DNA from: the human T2T-CHM13v2.0 reference genome, Homo sapiens
Length of the DNA stretch: 64,000 nucleotides
Direction: 5' to 3' (one strand)
Assembly (NCBI RefSeq): GCF_009914755.1
Contig: NC_060937.1
Below, in pieces: positions 16,987 through 32,030 of this stretch; position 1 is the stretch's first letter; every line of letters starts with the position of its first letter. The notes beneath the pieces were generated by a model that worked only from the letters and a program-made list of their open reading frames with translations, was not told the origin of the DNA and ran no database searches. Made by a program: the position numbers and the translations under genes.

Positions 16987-18487
16987 CAGTAGACATTTAA
17001 TATTTTTTCAATTGGGGTAAATAAGCACTAATAATGATTTTGTTTTCCAAAGGAAACTAGCTGAATTTCTGTAGGCTTTCCAGGTCTACCTCAAATGAGT
17101 TTTACTTATTAAGCAATACTTATTATACCAGGAAAATACCATACCAGTAGTATAAACAAGAAGAAAATCTGGGATTATGTGAATAAAAGAATATACCAAG
17201 AATAAGCCATTGACTTTGTAATACAGTATTAACTATGCCCACACCTATTAGTGGCAGCAGAATGCTACATAAATATTGTATAAACATACAATGTTAATAA
17301 TTTTTAGGTCCTGAAATAGAAATGAAGCCATTATTTCTGGAATCTAAGCATGCTCAGTGAACAGAACGCAGGCATGCTGCCAACATTCCTCAGTGTCATT
17401 TATGTTTGATCTCAAAAAGGCCTCTCATTTTACATATATTGTAAAATTATTTGTAAACTCTTCCATCCTTCTCCCTCAAGTTCCTCTTTTAAAGAACTAT
17501 TTTTAACCTGTAGCACATAAAATTAACTCCCTTTTATGTACAGGATGCGATGTTGACATTACAAGCCTACTATGTTGATTTCAGTTACTCTGCTGTCAAT
17601 GGGGAAAAGTTGATTTTGCAGTTGTATGTGTGGTAAGCACTGGAATCTATTTCAAGATGATCTGCTTTAGTTAAAGATTTATACTATGAACACAGAATAA
17701 ATTTCTCTCATTGAAGATAACCAGAAGTCAAACCCACTATGTTGCTAACAACTGATTCAACTAAAGGACATCTTAATAAAGATGCAAAATTAAATATAAA
17801 TGTAAGGTCAGTATAGGTGCAGATAATACAGTTATGTACTCCATCAAGATACACAACCAAATACCCTCATTTTATCCTTCCTATACTACAAAGGCTAGAA
17901 AACTAGAAACATCATTTCTTAAAGTCTGTGCAGCTAGAGTTCTATTCATGAACCAGGTTCCACCAAGCATTCTCATGTACAAGAGACTGGGAAAATGGCA
18001 GTCAACAATGGGAGTAAGGGAGCAGCCAGCACAAAGAAAACTGCTCTTCTAGGGCATCAATGGCTAAATTCCTCCTGGTACTACCATTCCTTACTGGGTA
18101 AAATGTAAATTGCATTCCCTGTTTCTCCCAGAAATTTTGTAAATTAGCTAACACTCTGTAAATAATATCTTTTCATTTTAGAGACTGAGTACTATTGTTT
18201 ACCAGAAAGCCAGAACTTAAGGATGATGATATTTAAAAAGTAAATCAACTTGTTAAAGATTGTAAAGAAAATGTTGACAACTAAGTACATTAAGAAGGAC
18301 AAGAAGAGTTTCACAAGGCAAGAAGCAGAGATGCAATAGACTAAAACCCCAGCATATACAAACTAAAGAATCATATTTTATTCAAATAGTACTACAAACT
18401 TTGTTGCATTTTATCACAAATGTTAGACTCCCTTAGAAAAACAGGTGTGAAAGTAGCAATAAATTCTAGTTTAAGTATCTGCAATAA

Positions 18488-21130
18488 GCTAAACACTTAA
18501 ATCAAGAAGTTAGAAAAACTTCAAATCAACAATCTAATCTAACATCACGGCTAGAGGAACTAGAAAAACAAGAATAACCTAACTCCAAAGCTAGCAGAAG
18601 AAAAGAAATAACTAAAATCAGAGCACAACTGAATAAAACTGAGACTGAAAAATCCATACAAAGGATCAACTAACCCAAAATTTGGTTATCTGAAAGGATA
18701 AACAAGATAGACCACTAGCGAAATTAATAAAAAAAGGGAGAAGATCCAAATCAGCACAATCAGAAATGACAAAGGTAACATTACAACCGATCCTACAGAA
18801 ATACAGATCATCAATCAATGCCTACTATGAACACCTCTCTGCACACAACTAGAAAATCTAGAGGAAATGGATAAATTCCTGGAAACACACAACCTCCCAA
18901 GACTGAATTGGGAAGAAACTGAAACCCGAAACAGACCAATATCAAGTTCTGAAATTGAATCAGTAATAAAAAACTTACCAAAAAAACACAACCCTGGACG
19001 AGATGGATTCACAGCTGAATTCTACCAGACATCAAAAAAGAGCTGGTACCAATTCTACTGAAACTATTCAACACAACTGAGGAATAAGGACTCCTCTCTA
19101 ACTCGTTCTACAAAGCTAGCATCATTCTGATACCAAAATCTGGCAAAGACATAACAAAGAAAGTTAAATATAGGCCAATACCCTTGAGGAACATGGACAC
19201 AAAAATCCTCAACAAAATACTAGCAAAACATATCCAGTAGCAAATAAAAGTTAATTCACCATGGTCAGGCAGGCTTTATTCCTGGGACACAGAGTTGATT
19301 CAACATATGCAAATCAATAAATATGATCACCACATAAACAGAATTAAAAGCAAAAGCCATTTTGATCATCTCAGTAGACACAGAAAAAGCTTCCGATAAA
19401 ATCCAACATCCATTTAAGATAAAAACCCTCAACAACCTAGGCACTGAAGGAACATACATCAAAATAATATAATAAGAGCCAGCTATGACAAACCCACAGG
19501 CAACATCACACTGAATGGGCAAAAGCTGGAAGCATTCCCCTTAACAACTGAACAAGACAAGGATGCCCACTCTCATAACTCCTATGCAACATAGTACTAG
19601 AAGTCCTAGCCAGAGCAATCAGGCAAGACAAAGAAATAAAAGGCATCCAAATAGGAAGATAGGAAATCAAACTATTTCTCTTCCCACATGATATGATTCT
19701 ATACCTAGAAAACCCCACAGACTCCCTCAAAATGCTGCTAGAACAGATGTCAGTAAAATTTCAGTATACAAAACCAATGAACAAAAATCAGTAGCATTCC
19801 TACATACCAGTAACATTCAACATTGAATGGATACACCGATAACATTCAACATCTAATGTATACACCAATACATTCAAGCTGAATGTGTCAGGAACACATT
19901 CCTATTTACAATAGCTGCCAAAAAAAAAAAGTTAAATAAAATACCTAGGAATACATGTAAAAAAGGAGGTGAAAGATCTCTACAAGGAGAACTATAAAAC
20001 ACTGCTGAAAAAAATCACGGATGACAAAAACTAACGGAAAAACATTGCATGCTCATGGATTAGAAGAATAAATATTGTTAAAATGACCATACTGCCCAAA
20101 GCAATTTACAGATTCAATGCTATTCCTATCAAACTCTCAATGTCATTTGCCACACAAATAGAAAAAATTATTTTAAAATTCATATGGAACCAAAAAAGGC
20201 CCAAATAGCCACAGCAATCCTAAGCAAAAAGAACAAAGCCAGAGGCATCACATTACATGACTTCATGAAAAGATACTTCTCAGAAGACATACAAGTGGCC
20301 AAAAAACATACGAAAAAATGCTCAACATCACTAATCATTAGAGAAATGCCAATCAAAACAATGAGATACCCTCTCACATCAGTTAGAATGCCTATTACCT
20401 CTCACATCAGTTAGAATGGCTATTATGAAAAAGTCAAAAAATAACAAATGCTGGCGAGATTGTGGAAAAAAGGGAACACTTACACACTGTTTGTGGGAAT
20501 GTTAGTTCAGCCACTGTGGAAAGCAGTTTGAAGATTTCTCAAAGAACTTAGAACTATCTTCATTCGACCCAGCAATCCTATTACTGGGTATATGCCCAAA
20601 GGAAAATAAATAGTTCCACCAAAAAGACACATGCACATGTATGTTTACTGCAGTACTATTCACAACAGCAAAGACATGGAAGCAAACTAGATGCACATCA
20701 ATGGTGAATTGGATAAAGAAAATGTAATACATATACACCATTAAATAATATGCAGCCATAAAATAGAATGAAATCACATCCTCTGCAGCAACATGGATGG
20801 AGCTGGAAGACATTATAAGCAAACTAACGTAGAAACAGAAAACCAGATACCACTTGTTCTCACTCACTCATGTTCTCACCCACTCAAGTGGGATCTAAAC
20901 ATTGAGTACACACTGACATAGAGATGGGAACAATAGACAATGGGGACTACTGAGTGGGAGGGAAGAAGTGAAGGGTGAGGGCTGAAAAATAACTGTTGGG
21001 TACTATGCTACCTGGGTGATACGACCATTCATACCCCAAACCAACAGCATAACACAATATACTCATGTAACAAACCTGCACACGTACTTCCTGAATCTAA
21101 AATAAAAGTTGGAATTAAAAATAAATTAAA
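18488..21130 (+). mobile_element. 5'-truncated old L1PA (~PA13-16) with a ~0.6 kb internal deletion near 20264
   Basis: Decayed ORF2 and 3'UTR. TSD TATCTGCAATAA at 18476-18487 and 21131-21142. Deletion size judged against the L1 at 47.2-47.9 kb. Confidence 0.88.
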
Positions 21131-21170
21131 TATCTGCAATAATATTTGCCTCATAATAAGCTTTTTAGTT

Positions 21171-21322
21171 CTTTTTTTTTTTTTTAAGAGACAGGTCTCC
21201 CTACATTGTCCTGGCTAACTATTCATAAGCACTAATAGTGTACCACAGTGTTGAATTCCTGAGCTCTAGTGATCCATCCGCCCAAGTAGGTGGGAATACA
21301 GGTGTGTGCCACTGTGCTCAGC
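21171..21322 (-). mobile_element. Fossil Alu monomer (FAM-like)
   Basis: Poly(T) plus a single 7SL-derived monomer retaining a CTATTCA segment. Confidence 0.65.
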
Positions 21323-21877
21323 TTATAATAAATTAGTTTCTAAAAGCAAGTAACAAAATATGAAATCAAGATTGGTGTAATTATGAATTACCCGTTTGGT
21401 ATTCAATAAAGACACCTGGAGCAGATACTGCATTTGACCACCCTCAACACCACTCAAATCCCTGTTAGTCAGCCACATGAGGGGTAACACATGTGAAAGG
21501 ATGGCTACAAAGTGAGGAAGGCTGGGATTCAATTCCACTTCTGCAACTTCCTTATTATGTGATAAATGAGTGAAATGAGTAAAATATCTTTAGAATTAAA
21601 TGAGATAATGCCTGGCACCTAATGGTTATTTAATAAATGACAGCTGAATCTGAATCAAGTGAAGAAACAAACTATAAATATGTTCAAATTTTAATATAAC
21701 AATAAGTCTCAGTTCACAATTCAGGACAGTAATAGAAGTGATATGACAATGCTGCACACAATTAAATGACAGAAAATTCCTATCTTAGAATTTAAAATAA
21801 AGTTAATATTAAAGCAGGTAAAAATAGTAAAGAAAAGCTGACAACAGAGGTCATTTAAAAATAATCTAAAATTTTCA

Positions 21878-22153
<276 letters not shown>

Positions 22154-23510
22154 ATTAATTAAATAATCTAAAATTTCCACAATTTATTCATTCAAATATA
22201 TATTGAATATATATATGAAGAGAGAAAGAGAGAGAACCAGCCTACTGCTTGCAAATCACTGTTTCAGGTGCTGAGAATTCAGTAGTGAAAAAAATAAACA
22301 TGGATCTTACACTCCAGTGGGAATGAACAAAAATAGATAAAGGAAAGGAGACAGGAGGAGAAGAAAGGAATAGAAGGACACAAATAAGAAAATACCACAT
22401 AGTAGTTGGTACTACACAGAAAATATCAGATAGTATGATGGCAAATGACTCAGTGCATCAAAAACGCTTTCTCTACAGATATTTAAGTTGAGATTTCAAA
22501 GTCAAGAGGCCACGTGAAGATCAGGCAAGAATATTCCAGTCTGATGACACAGCCTGTGAAAATGCCCCATAGCAGAAAGAAGCCAGACAGATTTAAGGGA
22601 TTAAAAGTACCCAGTGAGACTGAAACATATCAGTAGAGGGTCCAGCAGGAAGGGAGAAGGCTGAAGAGGTAGGCATGGATTGGGTCACATAGCGCAGTGG
22701 TTCTCAACCCTGGCTGCTGGTTATAATTGAAAAATACTGGTCCCACCTCCCACCAATTACTTTAGACTCTCTGGTGGTAGAGCCTGGACACTGGAAGTTT
22801 TTCAAAGATCCTTGAGTGGTTCTAATGGGTAACCTCGTTAATGGAAGACTCATATGCCAGGGTAAAGTGTCTTTATTTTATTCTAAGTATGATGGGAGGC
22901 CATTGACAGATTCTAATCAGGGAAATGAAAAGATCTGATTTACATTCTTAAGAGATCACTCTACAACTTTAGTGAATAGAATATGGAATGCAACATACTC
23001 TAACTACATATCTACAAATGTTCAAATGACAAAACTGATGAGTTCTTAAAAACTCTATAAAGTAAAACTCCATATGCCAAATGCATTTTCCACCAAAGGC
23101 TCAATAATGGGCCCAAGGATAGTGGGTTAGAATTTTTGGAAATGTTCATGGTTACAGTAGATCCTGCAAAAAACAAATGATGGAATATTGACAACTGGCT
23201 ATGAGGGGTGAGGGTGATGGGGAGAAGGCTAAGAAATGTGCCATGTTCCAGTACTTGACAACTCTTTTGATTGACAATGCATCCCTTTTGGCACCTTCCT
23301 CACAAAACTAAAGCTGCCTTTTCTGAATTGCTACTCCATGGAAGACACTGTGCAGCAGGAAGCCAAACATTTGTTCACTAGCTGGGAAACAGAAAAGAAT
23401 CCAATGGATTCAGGGAGAGTTACTAAAAACAAATGAGGAGCCTCTCACTTGAAGCAACATAGAAAAAGGCTTGCTAAGATTAAAGAAATGTGCTGGTTGA
23501 ACTCTCAGGG

Positions 23511-23884
23511 TAATATGGCTTGGCTGTGTCCCCACCCAAATCTCACCTCGAATTATAATCCCCATAATCCCCATGTGTCATGGGCGGAACCAGGTGGAGA
23601 TGACTGGATCATGGGGGTGGTTTCCCCTATGCTGTTCTTGTGATAGTGAGTGAGTTCTCATGAGATATGATGGTTTTATAAGCATCTGGCATTTCCCCTG
23701 CTTGCACTCAACTCCCTCCTGCCACCTAGTGAAGGTGCCTGCTTCTCCTTTGCCTTCTGCCATGATTGTAAGTTTTCTGAGGCTTCCCCAGCAATGTAGA
23801 TCTGTGAGTCAATTAAACCTCTTTCCTTTAAAATTAACTAGTCTTGGGTATTTCTTCATAGCACTGACAGAACAGACTAATACA
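23511..23884 (+). mobile_element. THE1 (ERVL-MaLR) solo LTR
   Basis: Starts TAATATGGCTTGGCTGTGTCCCCACCCAAATCTC, ends GACTAATACA; 5-bp TSD CAGGG. Confidence 0.92.
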
Positions 23885-24729
23885 CAGGGCAGCCTTCCCA
23901 CCTATGTGATAGCATAGTGACTATCATTCCTCTCCTGCAGGGGCTCCCTGTCTGCAGCTACCTAAATCTGGGAGAGCTTAAGGGAGCTACTAGAAATAAA
24001 CATGAAGCATCAGAGGTGCTAGGCTGGCTAAGGCTCCTCTTTAAATTGTTAACCTTTTAACAGCAGTCAATAGAGTGTAAAATCAGGATTTTAGCAGCTT
24101 CTACCAACTCAAATCCCAAGATACTTCAACTCCACATTCCTGGAGGCATGAGTTGAGCTCTGTAAAAGATTGCCTTTTCCTTCTCTGTTATTTTTGGCTC
24201 TATCTCTATGGTTCTGCCAAATGGCTTCCACTTCAAACAGCCTTGTTTCTAACTATGAGACTGGCTTTAAAATCAGCAATAAAGTTCTACGTATTCAGAA
24301 AGTGATGTGGATCCTGAAAAACTGGGGTTTTCTTTAATAGGGGAAGAATACAAAACTAAGCATTTAGGAATCATAAAAGGCATCTAGGTCATAAAACTGA
24401 AAAGCATATATTTACTTTTCATTTCCAGGGGAAAAAATATGTTCACAAAATATATTCTACTTGCAAATATTTGTAAATTTTAAAATCAAATCAAAGTTAT
24501 ACCCTTCATTATTTTCTTTTTCAATATATTTCCCACAAGGATGGATCATAAGGATATATAGATATATCTATAAGATATGTAACTTCATCACTAACGTCAC
24601 TAACCTCTGGCAAACTCCTCACATTTGCAGTGGTCTTCAATGACTATAAAATCCTGAGGACTCTCAAAAGATTTCCCTAAGACTCCTAATCAAAATTACT
24701 GTAAAGTACATTGAAAACAGAAGTGCATA

Positions 24730-25033
<304 letters not shown>

Positions 25034-25459
25034 AAAACAGAAGTGCTGCCTAATGGAGATGATCAAACACAGCAATGTGTTGCTACCAGCAGGACTATGA
25101 CTTCATTACATAATGTCCTTATGTCTGGAGTTACTCCATGCAGAGTTCCCAAATTTGAAGTTTCTTCCCTCTTCAACTTCACCGATCATCAAGAATAGTA
25201 AAAGAAATACCTTTCAGACAGGAGTTCCTTATTTGGTGGGATTCCTTGGTCATTTTACCTTTGTTTTCTTTCTTGGACTAATGGATTTGGCTTTACTGTA
25301 ATGTTTATTTTTATACACATGCCCAAAGGCCTCCTAGTGTGTCTTTATAAATCTAATAAATACCTCATGATAATTAAGTTTATTAACACAAAAGATGTTA
25401 TCCATTACTAAAAAAGTACACTTTAATTAAATAAGGAGCCAAGTACATACTATAATGTA

Positions 25460-26125
25460 GTTCCCTGTGGACCCAGTCACCAGGCCCAGCCCAGCAGGCC
25501 CTGGTATCAGGCAGCCCCCTAGACTCAGGGACCAGGACCCAGCTCATACCCATGTACCCTGGTTCCAGGACCACCATAGTGCCACACTGGACTCTGAAGA
25601 CTCAGCCTCAAGGTCTGCCATAGCACTATGTTAGGTCCCATCAACCCAAGTTCAGGCTGTTCTCCATGAACTCAGGCTTCAGAGCCACCCTCAGAGACTT
25701 AGTTGATAGGCCCACTCACCTGCAGAGTCAGGCACCAGGCCAGTCCACCTAAGGACTCCATTAGCAAGCCAAATGAAAGACCCCACCAGATGGTCTGCCC
25801 AGAATGTCTGGCTGGGTTGGCTGGTAAAAAGCTTTCCCTATCAAGGCCAGTCTATAAAGACTGGATGTCCACTTCTTCAAATGCACAGACACCAATGCAA
25901 GCCCATGAGGATCACTAACAATCAGGGAACCAAAACCACCAGAAGAACAAAATAAAGCACCAGGAACTGACACTAAATAAATGGAGACCTACGAACTACC
26001 TGACAAAGTATTCAAAATGATGGTCTTAAAGGAACAGTGAGCTAAAGAGAACACAGGCTACTAAATGATATCAGGAAAACAATATACAAACAAAGTGAAA
26101 AGCTCAACAAAGAGATAGAAACCAT
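25460..26125 (+). mobile_element. Old L1M 5'UTR/ORF1-start fragment
   Basis: GC-richer leader followed by ORF1-like ATGGAGACCTACGAACTACCTGACAAAG. Confidence 0.65.
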
Positions 26126-28980
26126 AGTTACATATTTTTTGTGGTAAGAACATTTCAGGTCTACTGTCTTCGCAATTTTTAAGTATACAATATGGTATTA
26201 TCACCTATAATCATTATAATGTACATTAGATCTTGAGAACTTATTCATTCTGCTTAACTGAAACTTTGTACCCTTTGACTAACACTTTCCCCTTTTTCCC
26301 ATTCCCCAGTTCCTGACAACCAGCACCCTATTCTCTGCAGAGTCAGGCACCAGGCCAGTCCACCTAAGGACTCCAGCAGCAAGCCAAATGAAAGACCCCA
26401 CCAGATTCTATGAGTTTGATTTTTTAGATTTCACATTTAAGTGAGATAATGTAGTATTTGCTTTTCAGTGGCTGGCTTATTTCACTTAGCATAATGTCCT
26501 CCAGGTTTATTTACATTATTGCAAATGACAGTGATATGGTTTGGCTATGTGCCCTTCAAATCTCAACTTGAATTGTATCTCCCAGAATTCCCACATGTAG
26601 TGGGAGGGACCCAGGGGGAAGTAATTGAATCATGGAGCCTGGTCTTTCTCGTGCTGTTCTCGTGGTAGTGAATAAGTCTCATAAGATCTGATGGATTTAT
26701 CAGGGGTTTCCACTTTCACTTCTTCCTCATTTTCTCTTGCTCCAGTGATGTAAGAAGTGACTTTTGCCTCCCACCATGATTCTGAGACCTCCCTAGTCAT
26801 GTGGAACTATAAGTTCAATTAAACCTTTTTCTTCCCAGTCTCGGGTGTGTCTTTATCAGCAGTGTGAAAATGGATTAATACAGACGGGATTTTCTGCTTT
26901 TTAAAGGCTGAATAATAATTCATTCTGTATATACTGCATATTTTCTTTATTCATTTGTCAATGAAAACATGTTAATTACCTATCTTGGCTATTATGAATA
27001 TGCCACAATAAACATGGGAGCACAGATATTCCTTCAAGATACTGACTTTATTTCCTTTGTATATACACCCAGAAGTGGGATTGCTGGATCATGTGGTAGT
27101 TCTGTTTTTAATTTTTGAGGACCCTCCATACTATTTTCTATAATGTATGTACTAATTTACCTTTCTACCAACAACGTACAAGCATTTCTTCTCCACATGC
27201 TTACCAACATTTGTTACCTTTTATCTTTTCGATATTAGCCACTCTAACAGGTGTAAAGCAATATTTAATTGTGGTTTTAATTTGCATTTATCTGATGATG
27301 AGTGATGTTGACCACTTTTTATATGTACCTGTTGGCCATTTGTATGTCCAACAAGTATATTTTAAAATGCCTGAGAAATGTCTATTCAGGTTCTTTGCCC
27401 ATTTTAAAACTGGGTTGTTTTATTGCTACTAAGTTGAGTTCCTTTTACAGTTTAGAAATTAACTCTTTGTCAGCTGTCATTTGCAAATATTTTCTCCCAT
27501 TTTGTAGACTGACTCTTCTCTGTTGATTGTTGGCTTTGCTGTGCAGAAGCTTTTTAAGTTTGATGCATTTATCTCATTTATCTGCATTTATCTCATTTAT
27601 CTATTTTTGCTTTGGCTGCCTATGCTTTTGGTATCATCTCCAAAATACTGTTACCCAGACCAATATCTGCAAGCTTTTCCCCCTTCTTTTCTTCTAGTAG
27701 TTTTATAGTTTCAGTCTTACATTTATGTATTTAATCCATTCTTAGTTGATTTTTGTATACGGTATGAGATAAAGGTCTAATATCATTGTTCTGCATGTGG
27801 ATATACAATTTTCCCAGTACTATTTATTGAAAAGACTATCCTTTCCCCAATATGTGTTCTAGGCTCCTTTGTTGAAAACTAACTAGCCATTAATAGTATA
27901 TTATTTCTGGGCTCTCTATTCTGGTTCCATCCATCCATATGTTTGTTTTTAATGCCATGCTATTTTTATTACTATTCCTTTGTGGAATATTTTGAAACCA
28001 GGTAGTGTGGTGCCTCAAATGTTGTTTCTCAAGATTGCTTTGGCTATTTGAGGTATTCTGTGGTTCCATATGAATTTTAGTATTTTTTTTCCATTTCTGT
28101 GAAAAATGTCATTGGAATTTTGGTAGAGATTGATTGCATTGAATCTGTATTGCTTTGGGTGGTATCGTTAGTGTTTTCTATATATAAGATCATGTCATTT
28201 GGAAACAGAAAAAAGTTTTACTCCATCTTTTGTGATTTGGGTACATTTATTTCTTTTTCTTGCCTAATTGCTTTAGCTAGGACTTTCAATAGTACATTGA
28301 ATAGAGTGGTGACAGTGGGCATCCTTGACTTGTTCCAGATCTTAGAGGAAAAGCTTTCAGCTTTTTACCATTGAGCATAATGTTAGCTGTGGCCTTGTCA
28401 TATATGGCCTTTATTATGTTTTGTATCTGTGGTCACCAGGGATATTGGTCTGTAATTTTCTTTTCTTGTAGTGTGCTTGTCTGGCTTTGGTATCAGGGTA
28501 ATAATGGTTTCACAAAACGAGTCTGAAAGTATTCCCTCTTTTTCTATTTTTTTAAAAAGTTTGAAAAGGTTTGGTTTTAGTTCTTCTTTAAATGTTTGGT
28601 ACAATTCACAGGTTAAGCCATCACATAATAGGATTTTCTCTGGTGGCAGGTTTTTGATTACCGATTCAATCTCCTAACTCATTATTGATTTGTTCTCATT
28701 TTTTCATTTCTTCATGATTCAGTCTTGGTAGGTTACATATTTCTAGGAATTTACCAATTTCTTTTAAGTTATTCAGTTTGTTGATGTATAGTAGTCTCAT
28801 GAGCCTTTGTATTTCTGTGCTATCAGTTGTGATGTTTGTTCTTTTGTTTATAATCTTGTCTCTTCACTTATTCATCTAGCTACAAGTCTGTAAATTTTAT
28901 CTTTTCAAAAAAATCAACTCTTAGTTACACGGATCTTTTCTGTGGTTTTTCTGTTTTCTATTCTATTTCATTTTTTCAAC
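26125..28980 (-). mobile_element. L1MA-like 3' end and decayed ORF2, interrupted by a THE1 LTR
   Basis: ORF2 remnant (ORF 28398..28604, KPDKHTTRKENYRPISL) and L1MA-type 3'UTR. Confidence 0.85.
26532..26882 (+). mobile_element. THE1 (A-like) solo LTR
   Basis: TGATATGGTTTGG ... TAATACA; TSD GACAG/GACGG. Confidence 0.9.
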
Positions 28981-29069
28981 TAGACATCTATTGTCCATGA
29001 AGGAAACAGAGTTGAAAAGCGTGTTGTCCATGCCTTCAAGGAGCTTACAAACGATAGGAGAGACAAATT

Positions 29070-29838
29070 GCTGTTTCATCAATTCCAAGATATACATGTT
29101 TTATATTTTAATATCTCTGAAATCAGGGTGCAGCTTCAATTGATAGAATCTTAACAACAGTTGCTGAAGAGTCAGTTACCATTGTGTACATATATGTGCA
29201 CTTGTTTCTGCTTGTTTGTTAGTATGTTTGTTAGCTTGTGGCTTAAAGAAACAACTGTAATCCATCCATGTTTTAGTCAACAAATTACTCTTTTCCATTT
29301 GGGAAAAGAATATGAGTTCTAGTTGTTGCCTAAAAACATTTCTGTCAGTACCTTTGGTTAAAATTTTAAAAATATCAGTATCAAAACCAGCAGAATGGCT
29401 GTCAGTAGCTTGGAAGACAATTGGGGAAACAATAGAAGAGCATTCTGTTCCTGACCAACCAAAGGAACACACAGAGAATATACGTGAAACAACATGAACA
29501 TCTGCAACTGAATCATAAAGTGCTTTAGAAGAGTCAGACTATGATGGTGCATAAGTTTTAAAAATATTTCAAAATATTTTTTATTGTTATATTTATTTAT
29601 AAATTTATTATATTTATTTTTATTTTATATATATTTTCCTATTTATTATATTCATATTTTCCTTTTTCTGCATGCACAGGAGGAATATAATCTAAATTAA
29701 GTCTGGAAGAGTTCTTTAAGACAAATATGAAAATTCTAAGTGATAAAGTCTTATATCGTAATTTAATTTGAAGTACTTTTTCTTTCTTAGTGGTGCATCT
29801 TACAATTGAGTGCCTCTTGGAGCTAATGAAATACAGTA
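29070..29838. mobile_element. Non-autonomous Tigger-type DNA transposon (Tigger13-like)
   Basis: Degenerate inverted ends CTGTTTCATCAATTCCAAG / CTTGGAGCTAATGAAATACAG about 770 bp apart. Confidence 0.6.
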
Positions 29839-30366
29839 GTTATTACAGTACAGAATGATAAGTGCCATGAAAAAGGCCATTAAGTGATGCTGAAACAAAG
29901 AGGGAGTACATATAAATTAAATTCAAGATTTACAGAAATTCAGAGCAGGCAGTGGAGCTAAGTTTTAAAGGTTAGCAAATTGGCCTACAGGCTCTGAGGG
30001 GTGGTTCAGGCAGCATGAAGAGTGCAAGAAAGCATGGAGTGGTAGGCAGCAAGTCATGTTGGGGAAACTGCAAGTCATCCCTTAAGGCTGGAGTTATAAG
30101 GTAAATGTTAGTTGCACAGTTGAGGTCTTACAGGGGCCAGATAAAAAAGAGCACTGTGTGCTAAACAGCATAATTTCAATATTATCTTGCAAACTGTGAG
30201 TCGTGATTAAAAAATGTGAAATAGGGGGAAAATTAGAAAGAACAAAAATCAGTATTGTAAGGATGGATTGGGCAGATCCCAAGCTGGAAATGAGTGGAAA
30301 GCTTAGAAAGCTAGTGTTGACAAATTCATTGAGAAGGGCTGAGCACCAGAAATAAAGCTACTGTAG

Positions 30367-30543
30367 CCCATGGCTTGGCTGTTGGCGGCAGCAAGGTACC
30401 CACCCAATGGCCCACCACGGGTTTAAATATATATATATTTATTTATATATATATAATATATAATATATAAATATATATTAATATATATTAATATTATATA
30501 AAATATATTTATATATAAATATATATATGAAGTAGAAGAAAAA
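30367..30543 (+). mobile_element. Orphan retro-insertion of unrecognised sequence
   Basis: Perfect 19-bp direct repeat AGAAATAAAGCTACTGTAG at 30348-30366 and 30544-30562; A-rich end. Confidence 0.75.
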
Positions 30544-30599
30544 AGAAATAAAGCTACTGTAGAAGAAAGAGAAATACTGATATAAACATAAATTAAAAT

Positions 30600-30950
30600 G
30601 TGATAAGGTAGTCAGCAATTAAAAGGAACAAACTACTGATACATGCAACAACATAGATGACTCTCAAATGTATTATATAAGTGAAAGAAACCAGATGTAA
30701 AAGGCACATAATGTATAATCCCATTAATATGACATTCTGGAAAGGCAAGACTAATGGGGATAGAAAGCAGTGGTTGCCAGGGGCTGGGTTTGGGTGGACT
30801 ACACAAGGGAACAAGGGAATTGTTCAAGGTGATGGAAATGCCCTATATCTCAATTGTGGTACTGGCCCTACTACCAAATGTGTTTGTCAAAATGGACTGA
30901 ATTTTACTATGTATGAATTATACCTCAGTAAACGTGACTTTAAAAACCCC
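30600..30950 (+). mobile_element. L1ME-like 3' end
   Basis: AAAAGGAACAAACTACTGATACATGCAACAACA ... GTGGTTGCCAGGGG motifs. Confidence 0.75.
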
Positions 30951-31157
30951 ACCAAAAATGTGATAAGATGGAACACAGCCACACTCATACATTGATGTAC
31001 TGCCTTTGTCTGCTTTTCTACTATAATAGCAGAGTTGAGAAGTTTTAACAAAGACTGCATGATCCACAAAGCTTAAAAATATTTTCTATCTGGCACTTTA
31101 CAGAAAAGGTTTGTCAACCCTGATATATGGTAATATTACCAATTTGTTCTGTTCTCA

Positions 31158-31538
<381 letters not shown>

Positions 31539-31661
31539 TCAAACTATTTGGGGTACAGAATGAGTTGTTTTCCAAATATGTCCTGAATTAAGTTTCCAAA
31601 TGGAAAGAGTATTCAGTTCTCAATAACAGCCATAGATGGTTTTTCTTAGAAACTTTCACAA

Positions 31662-32030
<369 letters not shown>

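Noticed and set aside
20368-20427. Small tandem duplications here and near 27565, 32172, 35333, 38597 and 59969
   Set aside because: Ordinary slippage-type duplications with no further structure.
25460-28980. Opposed L1 pieces as a third twin-priming event
   Set aside because: The geometry is wrong (an ORF1 piece abuts a 3' terminus) and I found no shared TSD. Separate or later-rearranged fragments are more likely.
30425-30528. AT-only quasi-palindrome as a miRNA hairpin
   Set aside because: Self-complementarity is trivial for TA-rich low-complexity DNA.
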